A stretch of DNA of 59,963 bases from Acidobacteriota bacterium (GTDB taxonomy: Bacteria; Acidobacteriota; Vicinamibacteria; Vicinamibacterales; 2-12-FULL-66-21). The stretch covers positions 1 through 59,963 of the forward strand of contig QHWR01000094.1 of NCBI GenBank assembly GCA_003223835.1, in the 5' to 3' direction. The position numbers and the translations under genes were made by a program. Shown piece after piece: positions 30,689 through 41,315 of this stretch (positions within the stretch are counted from its first letter, which is position 1; each line of letters begins with the position of its first letter). The notes beneath the pieces are model-generated. The model did no database searches. It was not told the origin of the DNA and worked only from the letters and a program-made list of their open reading frames with translations.

Positions 30689-32094
30689 TTCTCCCCGACG
30701 GGTTCATGGAGGAACTGATCCGCCATCTCGGCGAACCTGGCGGTCATCGCTTCGCCGGACAGGTCGCCGTACTTCGTGCGGAAGGCTTCGATCGGGACGA
30801 CCGCCTTCGCCATCGCGCGATGCCCACCCGCCGAGCCGATCCCGGAGAACCAGCGCTTCACGAACTCGCCGGCGTTGCGCGAGTACCCGAGGTTCCGGAC
30901 GCTGATGATCAACGACGACCCCACGATGCCCGCGATGATCGTCCACTTCGCGTCCTCGAGCTGCAGGAAGAAATCGGCGGTGTAGGGGATGAAGTCCTCG
31001 CGCGGCGCTTCGCCGATGAACGCACAGAACACCTGATCCCGCAGGATGCCGTTGCGGCTCGCGCGCGTCACGTACTCGAGCCGCTCGAGCGTGATTTCCG
31101 CCCCCTCCATCTTCCGGATGAGCGCCGCGTCGGCGAGCGGATACAGAAAGGTGAACGCATCGAGATCGACGCGGTTCGTGTGGCGCGCGAAGAACAGCGT
31201 GTCCGACTTGATCGCGTAGAGCATCGCCGTCGCCGTGCGCTCGGAGATGCTGACGTCCACGGCGCGCAGGTGCTCGGTCAGGATCGTCGACGTCGATCCG
31301 TAGTCGGCGCGGATGTCCTTGAAGGCGGCGCTGTAGCCGGGCTGCTCCGGGTGATGGTCGATGACGAGATCCACGCGGTCGAGCAGCCCGCCGAAGTAGT
31401 GCGGCTGCACGTCCACGGTCGCGACGCGGTCGAATTCGCCGAACGACGCCGGCGTCATGCGCTCGACCTGGATGTCGAGCATGTTCGCCATCCGCAGGTT
31501 CTCCGGCCGTGTCACCCCCTGCATCGCCCCGATGATCGCCGTCGTCTTCGTGCGCCGGAACAGGTTGCGCAGGGCGAGCCCGCTGGCCAGCGCGTCGGGG
31601 TCCGGGTCGTTGTGCAGGAGAATCAGCACGCGCGCGGCGTCGGCGAAATAGCGCTGGTACTGCTGCACGCGCGCGCGCGTCATCGACCGGCTCAATTCGG
31701 TCACGAGCGTCGGCCGTATCAGCTCCGACAGATCCATGTGCGTGACGTCGGGAACCTCCGACCGCGCGCCGTCGGCGCGGCCGTTGGCCCCGCGTTTGCC
31801 AGTGTGCAGAACGTAGATGAGCGTGCCCCCGGCGTCGCGGGCCGCGTCGATGATTTTCCTGACGCCGCGGCGGCCGTTGTCTTCGATGATGAAGCAGGTG
31901 TTCGGGGCGATGTCGGCCTTGAGGTAGGTATCGACCCTGCGCGGGTCGCCGGTGGTCACTTCGATTCCGGCATCGTGCAATCGGCGCGCGAGCGGCCGGC
32001 TTTCGACGAGGAACTGAACCTCGAAGCTCGGCAGGAGGACGTCGTCCAGCGACCGGATGACGAGCTCGTCTTGACAGATTGCGAAGACGCGCAC
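30664..32094 (-). CDS. DHH/DHHA1 phosphoesterase with an N-terminal TrkA-N/RCK-like domain
   Basis: HNDPDPDALASG, VIDHHP, IKSDT, GSAGGH; N-terminal region with TGDP motif. Confidence 0.85.
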   Translation of the reverse strand: MRVFAICQDELVIRSLDDVLLPSFEVQFLVESRPLARRLHDAGIEVTTGDPRRVDTYLKADIAPNTCFIIEDNGRRGVRKIIDAARDAGGTLIYVLHTGKRGANGRADGARSEVPDVTHMDLSELIRPTLVTELSRSMTRARVQQYQRYFADAARVLILLHNDPDPDALASGLALRNLFRRTKTTAIIGAMQGVTRPENLRMANMLDIQVERMTPASFGEFDRVATVDVQPHYFGGLLDRVDLVIDHHPEQPGYSAAFKDIRADYGSTSTILTEHLRAVDVSISERTATAMLYAIKSDTLFFARHTNRVDLDAFTFLYPLADAALIRKMEGAEITLERLEYVTRASRNGILRDQVFCAFIGEAPREDFIPYTADFFLQLEDAKWTIIAGIVGSSLIISVRNLGYSRNAGEFVKRWFSGIGSAGGHRAMAKAVVPIEAFRTKYGDLSGEAMTARFAEMADQFLHEPVGEKKSLVPSR

Positions 32095-32161
32095 GTCAGC
32101 CGCGCCTCACGAAAACACCCCGCGAGCGGAGTGAAGGCATGGCAACCTCTTATTATACGCT

Positions 32162-34903
32162 ATGTTAACGCGCCGGCGCGGAGCGCTCGCGGCCGCGGTC
32201 TGCGCCCTCGGCGCGTCCGTGTCGGCAGCCCTCGCCTCGCAACCGCCCAGTCCCAGCGCAGCGCCACCCTGCGCGGGTTGCGCCGTAATCACGCTGACCC
32301 CGGGCCAGACCCTGCTCGCGCCGGCGCAGCTCGAAGGGACGGCGTTGCTGCTGCGCGTCGCGCCAGGAGCCGACGCGCGCGACTGGCGCGCCTCTCTCGA
32401 CGACATAACACGCCGCGGCGGCCGCGGCGGTCTGCACCTCACCGGCGTTCCGGCGGAAGACGATGCGGCGTTGATGGGGGCGGGCGACGCGCTGCTGATC
32501 GAAGTCCGCGGCGGCGATCCCGATCGCCTCGCGTTCGCGCTCAAGCGCGCGTTCGCGCGCGCGCGCGGCGTGAACGAGAAGACGACGCTGGTCGTTGCGG
32601 CTGACGGAGAACTGCTGCGCGCGCTCGTCGCGCGAGACGTTCTGAGCTACGCGGATGCCATGCTCGTACTGCGCGGTCCGTTCGACGTCGGGCTCGACGC
32701 GCGTCATGTCATATGGCTCGCGTCCGGGCCCGGTGGATTCGGGGTGCTCGACGATGCCGCCGCGATCGTGACTGGTCCGCCGATCGCGGCCGAAATGCGG
32801 CGCGTCTGGCGGCTGCCGGACGACGTGACGCGCGCGTCGGCCGTGCTCCACGACGTCGCGGCGCTGCAAATGTGGCTGCCGTCAGGTCTGGCGCCCGTGC
32901 CCGATCGCGCCGTCACGTGCGGATCCGCGCGTCTTCCGACATTCATGAATCCTCAAACGCTCGATCTGATCGCCGTGGCGACGGAGTGCGCGGCGAACGC
33001 GCCGATCGTCTCGGATGTGCCCGGCGCGGCGATCGACCGCCTCGACCTGGCGCACGTGCGACTGGTGCGCGTCCGCGCGGGTCCCGGCGATCGATTCGCT
33101 GAAGGCGTCAGGGTGGTGGGGGAGCGTGCGCTGAGCGTGGACGAGATCGTGGCGCGCCATCAGGCGCGGGCGGTGAACCAAACGGCGGCGATCCGGACGT
33201 TGATCTCCACCGGATCGCTGACGATCACCTTCGAGGCGCCCGGATTCTCCGCGCCCGTCACGATCACGGCGAAGACGACGATGTTCAGCGGCGACGGACC
33301 GACGGACATGGTGGAAGAAGACATTCGCGTCGATGGTGTCAGCTTCCGCGGGACGGGCGTGCCGCGGCTCCCGATCATCGAGCCGGAGCGCGTGGCGGCC
33401 GCGCCGCTGACCATCACGCTCACCAACGTGTACCGCTATCGGCTTGACGGCCGCGACCGCATCGACGGGCAGTCCTGTTACGTCATCGGCTTCACGCCGC
33501 GCGACACGCGCGCCTCGCTCTTCGCGGGTCGCGCGTGGATCGCGACGGACTCGTTTGCGCTCGTGCGCGTCTCGGCGGTGCAGACCGGTCTCAGGGGCCC
33601 CGTCACCTCGTCCGAACAGACGGACGACTTTCGCAAGGACTCATCCGGCCTGTGGCTGCTTGCGCGATCGGACGTCCGGCAGACGTATGAAGGGGCCGCG
33701 ATCCGCACGCCGATCCATCGACTCCTCGTGATCGACCGGCAGGAGATCAACGCAGGCGATTACGCGGCGCGTCGCGCGGCGGCCCACGAATCGAACGCGG
33801 TGATGCTGCGGGATACGGCCGACGGGTACCGGTATCTCGAAAAACGGCGCGATGCGGCGACGCCGGCAGGGGGAGCCGCGGCGGTCCGGACCGTCGCGGG
33901 GCGCGCGCAACGCGTGCGGACGATCGCGTTCGGCGTGCTGATCGATCCGAACATCTCGGTCCCGCTGCCATTCGCGGGGCTCAGTTACGTCGACTTCAAC
34001 TTGCTCGGGACCGGCGCGCAGTTCAACGGGTTCTTCGGCGGAAGCTACGGTCAGGTCGCGTTCTCCGCGCCGTCGCTCGGCGGGACGCGGTGGCAGCTCG
34101 CGGGGCGCGCCTTCGGCATCGCGACGTCGTACAACGATCGGGCCTTCGAGCACGGACGCGAACGCTACGAGCTGGACATCCGTCAGCGCCCGGCGCAGGC
34201 GTCAGTGTGGCTCGTGCGGCCGATCGGCGCGCGCGTGTCGGCGCGGTTCGGCTACGACCTGACGTACACGCATTTCGGCCGCGCGGACGTGACCGCCGCG
34301 GACTTCGCCGTGCCCGCCGACCAGGTGGTGCACGCGGCGCGGCTGGGGCTCGACGTCCAGCGTGCGGGGTGGCAACTCTCGGCCTGGTGGGCACCGGCCC
34401 GGCGGGCCGGGTGGCGCGCGTGGGGACAGCCGGGCACGAGCCCGTATCGTCCCGGGCAGCGCGATTTCCAGCAATACGGCGTCAACGCGCTGCGCTCCGT
34501 CGCGGTGTCCCCGCACCTCGCCACGCGCGTCGAAGCCGCGTGGATGGGCGGACGCGATCTCGATCGGTTCAGCCGCTATGCGTTCGGCACGTTCGACAAC
34601 CGGCTGCGCGGCTATCCATCCGCGCTGATCCGGTACGATCGCGGCGGCGTGCTGCGCAGCGCCGTCGCGTGGTCGCCTGGCCGCATCGTCCGCCTCGACG
34701 GCTTCGCCGACGCCGCGCTGGTCCACGATCCGGCGTTCGGCGGCGGCCTCCGGAATTTCACCGGCGTCGGCGCCGCGATCGAGGCGCCGGCGCCATTCGG
34801 CACGCTGATCGGCGTCGAGTGGGGATTCGGATTCCGCGGCGTGAACACGAACGGCTCGCGCGGCACGAACGTGATTCGCGTCAGCGGGTACAAAGTGTTC
34901 TAG
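32162..34903 (+). CDS. Large exported hypothetical protein, probable C-terminal outer-membrane beta-barrel
   Basis: Signal peptide; alternating aromatic beta-strands in the last 300 aa; ends ..RVSGYKVF. Confidence 0.7.
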   Translation: MLTRRRGALAAAVCALGASVSAALASQPPSPSAAPPCAGCAVITLTPGQTLLAPAQLEGTALLLRVAPGADARDWRASLDDITRRGGRGGLHLTGVPAEDDAALMGAGDALLIEVRGGDPDRLAFALKRAFARARGVNEKTTLVVAADGELLRALVARDVLSYADAMLVLRGPFDVGLDARHVIWLASGPGGFGVLDDAAAIVTGPPIAAEMRRVWRLPDDVTRASAVLHDVAALQMWLPSGLAPVPDRAVTCGSARLPTFMNPQTLDLIAVATECAANAPIVSDVPGAAIDRLDLAHVRLVRVRAGPGDRFAEGVRVVGERALSVDEIVARHQARAVNQTAAIRTLISTGSLTITFEAPGFSAPVTITAKTTMFSGDGPTDMVEEDIRVDGVSFRGTGVPRLPIIEPERVAAAPLTITLTNVYRYRLDGRDRIDGQSCYVIGFTPRDTRASLFAGRAWIATDSFALVRVSAVQTGLRGPVTSSEQTDDFRKDSSGLWLLARSDVRQTYEGAAIRTPIHRLLVIDRQEINAGDYAARRAAAHESNAVMLRDTADGYRYLEKRRDAATPAGGAAAVRTVAGRAQRVRTIAFGVLIDPNISVPLPFAGLSYVDFNLLGTGAQFNGFFGGSYGQVAFSAPSLGGTRWQLAGRAFGIATSYNDRAFEHGRERYELDIRQRPAQASVWLVRPIGARVSARFGYDLTYTHFGRADVTAADFAVPADQVVHAARLGLDVQRAGWQLSAWWAPARRAGWRAWGQPGTSPYRPGQRDFQQYGVNALRSVAVSPHLATRVEAAWMGGRDLDRFSRYAFGTFDNRLRGYPSALIRYDRGGVLRSAVAWSPGRIVRLDGFADAALVHDPAFGGGLRNFTGVGAAIEAPAPFGTLIGVEWGFGFRGVNTNGSRGTNVIRVSGYKVF

Positions 34904-34926
34904 CAGCGTGTTCCGATACGGGCGAC

Positions 34927-35134
34927 CGCGGAGAAGACGTGTCCATGCAGAGGCACAAGAGGCGCAGAGGCAGAGGGCCGCGGACCCTGACCTCTCCGCC
35001 GCGCGCAGCGCGGCCCGGCGGAGCGGATCACAGCCGCTTCTTTCAGTTGTCTTCTCCGCGCCGCGCTCTTCGCGTCTCCGCGCGCTCTGCGCGAGATCGT
35101 CTTTTGTCCGTGTGCATCCGTGTTCATCAGTGGC
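34927..35134. repeat. Nested hairpin element with 9-nt repeats
   Basis: cgcggagaagac/gtcttctccgcg 12-bp inverted repeat; inner ctccgccg/cggcggag; (gcagag)-type repeats; ends gtgcatccgtgttcatcagtggc like 8113-8141. Confidence 0.75.
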
Positions 35135-35185
35135 TATCCACTTAATTGAGGTTTATCATTCGAGCAACGGGTCCTGGGGGAGGCT

Positions 35186-36097
35186 ATGTCGCGCATCGGG
35201 TGCCTTGCGCTTCTCGTCTTCGTCACCATCGACTACGCGGCGGCGCAGCAGGCGACGTTTCGCGCCGGCGTGGACCTCGTCAATTTCGGTGTCACCGTCG
35301 TCGACAAGCAAGGCAATCCTGTCGGCGGCCTGAAGCCCGACGACTTCGAGGTCGTCGAGAACGGCCACAAGCAGTCGGTCCAATACTTCATCGAAGGGCA
35401 GCCGGACCTCGCGCCACCGCTGCACCTCGGGCTTCTGCTCGACACGAGCGGCAGCATGGCCGAGGACATCGACGCCGCGCGGAAGGCCGCCGTCAAGTTC
35501 GTGAACTCCACCGATCGGGCGTCGGACGTGACGCTCGTCGATTTCGCGACGCAGGTGAGCGTCGCGCGCTTCAACCCCGACGACTACCCGCGCCTCGTCG
35601 AGCGGATCCGCATGGGCAAGGTCGACGGGATGACGGCGCTCTACGACGCGCTGGGGATGTACCTCAACGGCGCCGAAACGCAGGACGGCCAGAAGGTGCT
35701 CGTGCTCTACACGGACGGCGGCGACACGCGCAGCTCGCTGACGTATCAGGACGCGCTGGATCTCGTGAAGGCATCCGACGTCACGATCTACGCCGTCGGG
35801 TACCTGCAGCACGAGACGAGCAGCGCGGCGCTCCAGCAGCGCCAGTTCCTTCAGCGCTTCGCCGACCTGACGGGCGGCCAGGCGTATTTCCCGATGGGTC
35901 CGAAGGATCTCGACGGCGTCTTCGAGAAGATCCAGAAAGAAATCGCCGCGCGCTACTCGCTCGGCTACATCTCGAACGACACCCGCACCGACGGCGCGTG
36001 GCGGAGCGTCGAGATCAAACTGCTGCGTCGCGATCTGAAAGGCGTCCGGCTCCGCACGCGCGCGGGGTACTTCGCGCCGTATAAGACGACAAAATAA
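35186..36097 (+). CDS. VWA domain protein (acidobacterial VWFA-related family)
   Basis: [59 protein letters not shown]. Confidence 0.9.
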   Translation: MSRIGCLALLVFVTIDYAAAQQATFRAGVDLVNFGVTVVDKQGNPVGGLKPDDFEVVENGHKQSVQYFIEGQPDLAPPLHLGLLLDTSGSMAEDIDAARKAAVKFVNSTDRASDVTLVDFATQVSVARFNPDDYPRLVERIRMGKVDGMTALYDALGMYLNGAETQDGQKVLVLYTDGGDTRSSLTYQDALDLVKASDVTIYAVGYLQHETSSAALQQRQFLQRFADLTGGQAYFPMGPKDLDGVFEKIQKEIAARYSLGYISNDTRTDGAWRSVEIKLLRRDLKGVRLRTRAGYFAPYKTTK

Positions 36098-36100
36098 ACA

Positions 36101-36229
36101 AGGTTCGGGGTTCGCGGTTCGCCGTTCGAGGTCTGGTTCACGGTTCGACGTTCGCAGTTCCGCGCGGAACCTCGAAACCTCGAACGGTGAAACCAGACGT
36201 CGAACCCCGAACGTCGAAACCCGGAACCT
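36101..36229. repeat. Inverted pair of heptamer arrays (GGTTCGN)n/(NCGAACC)n
   Basis: ggttcgg ggttcgc ggttcgc cgttcga ... centre palindrome gttccgcgcggaac (36157-36170) ... gaacctc gaacccc gaacgtc. Confidence 0.85.
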
Positions 36230-36281
36230 CCGTGTGGTACGATGTCCTGTTGACACCGGGCCGCCGGGGCCCGCCTTCCGA

Positions 36282-38297
36282 ATGCCTTCCAAATACGATC
36301 GTTTTTCGCTCGTCACCGATTTCGAGCTGCGCGGCGATCAGGCCCGCGCGATTGATGAGCTCGTCGATGGCTTGAACCGGGGCGACAAGGCCCAGGTCCT
36401 GCTCGGCGTGACCGGTTCGGGCAAGACGTTCACGATGGCGCAATGCATCGCGCGCGTGAACCGGCCGACGCTCGTGATGGCGCACAACAAGACGCTGGCC
36501 GCGCAGTTGTACCAGGAGTTCCACCGCTTCTTCCCCGACAACGCCGTCGAGTACTTCGTCAGCTACTACGACTACTACCAGCCCGAAGCGTACGTCCCGA
36601 CGACCGACTCCTACATCGAGAAGGAAGCGACGATCAACGACGAGATCGACCGCATGCGGCTCTCCGCGACGCGGTCGCTCTTCGAGCGCCGCGACGTCAT
36701 CATCGTGGCGAGCGTGTCGTGCATCTACGGCCTCGGCTCGCCGGAGGCGTACTACGGGATGATGCTGCCGCTCGAGCGCGGCCAGCGGATCGAGCGCGAG
36801 CAGATCCTGCGAAAGCTCGTCGAGATCCAGTACGAGCGGAACGATCACGAATTCCAGCGCGGTGTGTTCCGCGTCCGCGGCGATATCATCGAGGTGGTTC
36901 CCTCGTACGAAGATACGGCGCTGCGGATCGAGCTGTTCGGCGACGAGGTCGACGAGCTGATCACGTTCGACCCGCTGACCGGCAAGGCCATCAAGCGCCA
37001 CGACAAGGTGGCGATCTATCCGAAGACGCACTTCGTGACGCCGCGGGAGCGGACGAAGCAGGCGGTCGAGACCATCAAAGCGGAACTGGAATGGTACCGC
37101 ACGAAGCTCGAATCCGAAGGCAAGGTGCTCGAGGCGCACCGGCTGCACCAGCGCACGATGTTCGATCTCGAGATGATCAAGGAGATCGGCTACTGCCACG
37201 GCATCGAGAACTACGCGCGCCACCTGTCGGGACGCCCGCCCGGCGCGCCGCCGCCCACGCTGCTCGACTACCTTCCGCCCGACGCGCTCACGATCGTCGA
37301 CGAGAGCCATCAGACGGTGCCGCAGATTCGCGGCATGTATCACGGCGATCGCTCGCGTAAGGAAGTGCTCGTCGCCTACGGATTCAGGCTGCCGTCCGCG
37401 CTCGACAACCGGCCGCTCAACTTCGAGGAGTGGGAATCCCGCGCCAGCCAGACGATGTTCGTGTCGGCGACGCCGGGGCCCTACGAGCTGCGCCACTCGG
37501 GCGGCGCCGTCGTCGAGCAGATCATCCGCCCGACCGGCCTCGTCGATCCGATGATCGAGGTGCGGCCGGTGCGCGGGCAGGTGGACGACCTCCTCGGCGA
37601 AATCCGCGCGCGGGCCGCCAAAAGGGAGCGCGTGCTCGTCACAACGCTGACGAAACGCATGGCCGAGGACCTGACGCAGTATTACCAGGAACTCGGGGTC
37701 AAGGTCCGGTACCTCCACTCCGATATCGACACGCTGGAACGGATTGAGATCCTGCGCGATCTGCGGCGCGGGGCGTTCGACGTGCTCGTCGGGATCAACC
37801 TGCTGCGCGAGGGCCTCGACCTTCCGGAGGTTTCGCTCGTCGCGATCCTCGACGCCGACAAGGAAGGCTTCCTGCGCTCCTCGGGGTCGTTGATCCAGAC
37901 GGTTGGGAGAGCCGCCCGCAACGTCAACGGCCGCGCGATCATGTACGCGGACAACGTCACGGACTCGATGCGGAACGCGATCGGCGAGACGGAGCGGCGG
38001 CGTCAGATCCAGGAGGCGTACAACACGGAGCACGGCATCACGCCGGCGTCGATCGTCAAGAGCATCGACGACGTGCTGACGAGCGTGTACGAGCGGGATT
38101 ACGTGACGATCCCCGTGTCGCCGGACGAAGCAGGCGCGTTCCGGACGCAGGGAGAGCTCGACGCGTTCGTGCTGCAGCTTCAGGCGCAGATGAAGGCTGC
38201 CGCGGCGAACCTGGAATTCGAGAAGGCGGCGTCCCTGAGGGACCGTATCAAGCAGTTGAAGAGCCGCGAGCTCGGCCTCGCGGGGAGCCGCCGCTAA
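36282..38297 (+). CDS. uvrB: Excinuclease ABC subunit B
   Basis: [62 protein letters not shown]-terminal UVR domain. Confidence 0.98.
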   Translation: MPSKYDRFSLVTDFELRGDQARAIDELVDGLNRGDKAQVLLGVTGSGKTFTMAQCIARVNRPTLVMAHNKTLAAQLYQEFHRFFPDNAVEYFVSYYDYYQPEAYVPTTDSYIEKEATINDEIDRMRLSATRSLFERRDVIIVASVSCIYGLGSPEAYYGMMLPLERGQRIEREQILRKLVEIQYERNDHEFQRGVFRVRGDIIEVVPSYEDTALRIELFGDEVDELITFDPLTGKAIKRHDKVAIYPKTHFVTPRERTKQAVETIKAELEWYRTKLESEGKVLEAHRLHQRTMFDLEMIKEIGYCHGIENYARHLSGRPPGAPPPTLLDYLPPDALTIVDESHQTVPQIRGMYHGDRSRKEVLVAYGFRLPSALDNRPLNFEEWESRASQTMFVSATPGPYELRHSGGAVVEQIIRPTGLVDPMIEVRPVRGQVDDLLGEIRARAAKRERVLVTTLTKRMAEDLTQYYQELGVKVRYLHSDIDTLERIEILRDLRRGAFDVLVGINLLREGLDLPEVSLVAILDADKEGFLRSSGSLIQTVGRAARNVNGRAIMYADNVTDSMRNAIGETERRRQIQEAYNTEHGITPASIVKSIDDVLTSVYERDYVTIPVSPDEAGAFRTQGELDAFVLQLQAQMKAAAANLEFEKAASLRDRIKQLKSRELGLAGSRR

Positions 38298-38299
38298 TC

Positions 38300-39073
38300 G
38301 TGACGGGCCGCGTGCAGGACTGGGTGAAGGACGCGATCCTCGAAGTGCAGGAATACGTCCACCTCGTCACCAAAGCGGGCCGCAGCGTCCTGACGCCGCC
38401 CATCTACTATCGCGACATCATCGAGCAGTTCGACGCGATCGGCATCGGGTCGCTGACGGTCGTGCTCCTCGCCGGCCTCTTCACCGGTATGGTGCTCGCG
38501 CTGAACTCGGGCCTGACGCTGGACCAGTTCGGAGCGCGGTCGATGGTCGGCCGGCTGATCAGCGCGTCGATGGTGAAGGAGCTGGGACCGGTCCTCACCG
38601 GCCTGATGGTGGCCGGACGCGTCGGCTCCGGCATCGCCGCCGAGCTGGGATCGATGATGGTGACGGATCAGATCGCGGCGCTGCGCGCGCTCGGAACCGA
38701 TCCGGTCAGGAAGCTGGTCGTGCCGCGCGTGCTCGCCGGCGTGTTGATGGTCCCGCTCCTGACGGTGCTGGCTGGCGGCATCGGCATGGTCGGCGGCTGG
38801 ATCGTCACCGTCCTGCAGTTCCACGTGGCCAGCAGCATCTACTGGAGCAGCGTCGTCCAGGGACTCTACGTCCAGGACGTCTGGATGGGGCTGATCAAGC
38901 CGTTCTTCCTCGGGTTTACGATCGTCAGCATCGGGTGCCACGTGGGCATGCGGACGACCGGCGGCACCCAGGGGGTCGGCAAGTCAACCAAGCTCGCCGT
39001 CGTTGCCAGCTCGGTCGCGGTCATTGCCGTGGATTTCATGGTCACCAAGGTGATGATCGTACTCTTGTATTGA
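38300..39073 (+). CDS. mlaE: MlaE family ABC permease
   Basis: KELGPVLTGLMVAGRVGSGIAAELGSM.VTDQI.AL..LGTDP. Confidence 0.92.
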   Translation: MTGRVQDWVKDAILEVQEYVHLVTKAGRSVLTPPIYYRDIIEQFDAIGIGSLTVVLLAGLFTGMVLALNSGLTLDQFGARSMVGRLISASMVKELGPVLTGLMVAGRVGSGIAAELGSMMVTDQIAALRALGTDPVRKLVVPRVLAGVLMVPLLTVLAGGIGMVGGWIVTVLQFHVASSIYWSSVVQGLYVQDVWMGLIKPFFLGFTIVSIGCHVGMRTTGGTQGVGKSTKLAVVASSVAVIAVDFMVTKVMIVLLY

Positions 39074-39074
39074 T

Positions 39075-39929
39075 ATGGCCGTGAGGAATCAGCGGCGCGC
39101 CGGACTGCTCGACGAAGCGCTCGCCCACGGCGGGCCGATCATCGTGTTCGACGGCGTCAATCTGTCGTTCGACGACAAGGTGATCCTCCGCGACGTCAGC
39201 TTCACGCTGCAGACGGGGCACACGAAGGTCTTTCTCGGCGCGAGCGGCGCGGGGAAGTCCACGATCCTCAGGCTGATCCTCGGGCTCCTGAAGCCCGACG
39301 CCGGCCGCATCTTCGTGAACGGCGAGGAAATCGAAGACATGGCGGAAGAGGAGCTGATGCGCGTCCGCGGGGACCTCGGCATGGTGTTCCAGGAAGGCGC
39401 GCTGTTCGATTCGCTCACCGTCCGTGAAAACGTCGGATACAAGCTGTTCGAGGAGCTGAACTGGCCGCTCGACAAGGCGAACGCGCGCGTCGAGGAAGTC
39501 CTCGGCTTCGTCGGGCTCAGCGAGTTCATCGATCGCATGCCGTCGGAGTTGTCGGGCGGCCAGCGGCGGCGCGTGGCGATCGCGCGCGCGATGGCGGCCA
39601 AGCCGCGCATCCTCCTCTACGACGAACCGACGACGGGCCTCGACCCGATCACGTCGGTGAGCGTTGACGAGGAGATCATCAAGCTCCGCGATCTGGAAGG
39701 GGTCAGCTCGGTGCTCGTCACGCATCAGCTGCGCGACGCATTTTTCGTCGCCGAGCACACCGCGCAGCGCAACGGCGGCCGCGTCTCGCTCGAACGAGCC
39801 GTCGCGCACAAGGCGGACGAGGCGGAATTCATCATGCTGAAAGAAGGAGGGATCGCGTTCGAGGGAAATGCCGCCGAGCTCCGGCAGGCCGCGTCCCAGG
39901 ATCAATACATTCATGCGTTCTTGTCGTAG
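39075..39929 (+). CDS. mlaF: MlaF family ABC ATPase
   Basis: GASGAGKST, FQEGALFDSLTVRENV, PSELSGGQRRRV, YDEPTTGLDPI. Confidence 0.9.
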   Translation: MAVRNQRRAGLLDEALAHGGPIIVFDGVNLSFDDKVILRDVSFTLQTGHTKVFLGASGAGKSTILRLILGLLKPDAGRIFVNGEEIEDMAEEELMRVRGDLGMVFQEGALFDSLTVRENVGYKLFEELNWPLDKANARVEEVLGFVGLSEFIDRMPSELSGGQRRRVAIARAMAAKPRILLYDEPTTGLDPITSVSVDEEIIKLRDLEGVSSVLVTHQLRDAFFVAEHTAQRNGGRVSLERAVAHKADEAEFIMLKEGGIAFEGNAAELRQAASQDQYIHAFLS

Positions 39930-39947
39930 CTGGAAGCTGGAAGCTGA
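39928..39947. repeat. Short heptamer array (AGCTGGA)x3
   Basis: agctgga agctgga agctga; same unit as 52681-52723 and 53492-53525. Confidence 0.6.
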
Positions 39948-39956
39948 GGAACAGAT

Positions 39957-40997
39957 ATGCCGCGCACACGTTCGCTCGCCTGGTCTGAGCTCAAAGTCGG
40001 CATGCTTGCCGTGGGCGCGCTCGTGCTCGCGGGCATGCTCATCATCGCCGTCGGCGGGCAGAGCGGCTTCGCCTGGCAGCGCTACGAGCTGAGAACGAAA
40101 TTCGACAACGTGCAGGGCCTCAAGAGCGGGGCAATCGTGCGCGTGGCCGGCGTCGAGGTCGGAAAAGTGACGAAGGTGGGGTTCGCGGGACCCGCCGTCG
40201 AAGTGCGGCTGTCGATCCGCGAGGAGATGCAGTCGCGGGTGACGACCGACTCGCGCGCGTCGATCGGATCGCTGAGCCTGCTCGGCGAGCCGATCATCGA
40301 CGTCACCCCCGCGTCGACGGGCCGTCCGCTGAAAAACGGGGAGTACATCCAGTCCTCGCGGCCCGCCGGTCAGCTCTCCGACATGGCGGCGAGCGCCACG
40401 GAAAGCCTCGATCAGGCCACGGCGCTGCTCAAGGACATCCGCGCCGGAAAGGGGACGGTCGGCAAGCTGTTCACCGACGAGCAGCTCTATCGCGAATTCA
40501 ATCAGCTCATCGGTTCGGCGCAGCAGGTGACGGGATACATGTCACGCGGGCAAGGCACGTTCGGCAAACTGCTCCGCGATCCGAAGGCGTACCAGCAGTT
40601 CCAGGCCGCGCTGACGAATCTGCAAGAGACCACGCGGCGAATCAACGCGGGCGAGGGGAGCCTCGGGCGTCTCCTGAAGGACGAGGCGTTCGCGAAATCG
40701 CTGACGTCGGCGACGGCGAATTTCGATCAGGTCAGCGGCCGGCTCACGCGCGGCGACAACACGTTTGGTAAGCTGCTGACAGAGAAGGAGCTGTACGACC
40801 GGTTGAACAGCACGACCGCGCGCCTCGACAAATTGGTCAGCGACCTGAATCAGGGCGAGGGGACCGCGGGACAGCTGCTGCGCAACAAGGAGATGTATGA
40901 GAATATGAACAAGACCTTCAGCGAGCTGCGCAGTCTCGTCGCGGACATTCGCAAGGATCCGAAAAAGTATCTGAACGTCAAAGTGAGCATCTTCTAG
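39957..40997 (+). CDS. mlaD: MCE/MlaD family protein with long helical C-terminus
   Basis: ELKVG TM anchor; GLKSGAIVRVAGVEVGKV MCE motif; GTVGKL repeats; DIRKDPKKYL. Confidence 0.88.
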   Translation: MPRTRSLAWSELKVGMLAVGALVLAGMLIIAVGGQSGFAWQRYELRTKFDNVQGLKSGAIVRVAGVEVGKVTKVGFAGPAVEVRLSIREEMQSRVTTDSRASIGSLSLLGEPIIDVTPASTGRPLKNGEYIQSSRPAGQLSDMAASATESLDQATALLKDIRAGKGTVGKLFTDEQLYREFNQLIGSAQQVTGYMSRGQGTFGKLLRDPKAYQQFQAALTNLQETTRRINAGEGSLGRLLKDEAFAKSLTSATANFDQVSGRLTRGDNTFGKLLTEKELYDRLNSTTARLDKLVSDLNQGEGTAGQLLRNKEMYENMNKTFSELRSLVADIRKDPKKYLNVKVSIF

Positions 40998-41009
40998 GAG
41001 CGAGCAACC

Positions 41010-41315
41010 ATGGCGCGCAACGACGACAGCGGAGCGGGTGCAGTCATTCTGGCATTCGTGCTCGGCGCGGTGACGGGCGCGGCGGTCGCGCTGCTGATGG
41101 CGCCCGCGTCGGGTGAAGAGATGCGGCGCATGATCGGCGAAAAGGCGCGCGAAGGGCGCGATCGCGCGAACGAGGCCGCGCGTCAGAGCCGTGAATTCTG
41201 GAACCGGCAGCGCGACACGATCTCGACCGCCGTCGAGCGCGGCCGCGAGGCCTATCAGCAGGCGCGCGGCGGGCAGCCGGGCGGCCCCGCCGGCGAGCGA
41301 GGCGAAGCTTTGTGA
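41010..41315 (+). CDS. YtxH domain protein
   Basis: FVLGAVTGAAVALLMAPASGEEMRR motif. Confidence 0.85.
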   Translation: MARNDDSGAGAVILAFVLGAVTGAAVALLMAPASGEEMRRMIGEKAREGRDRANEAARQSREFWNRQRDTISTAVERGREAYQQARGGQPGGPAGERGEAL

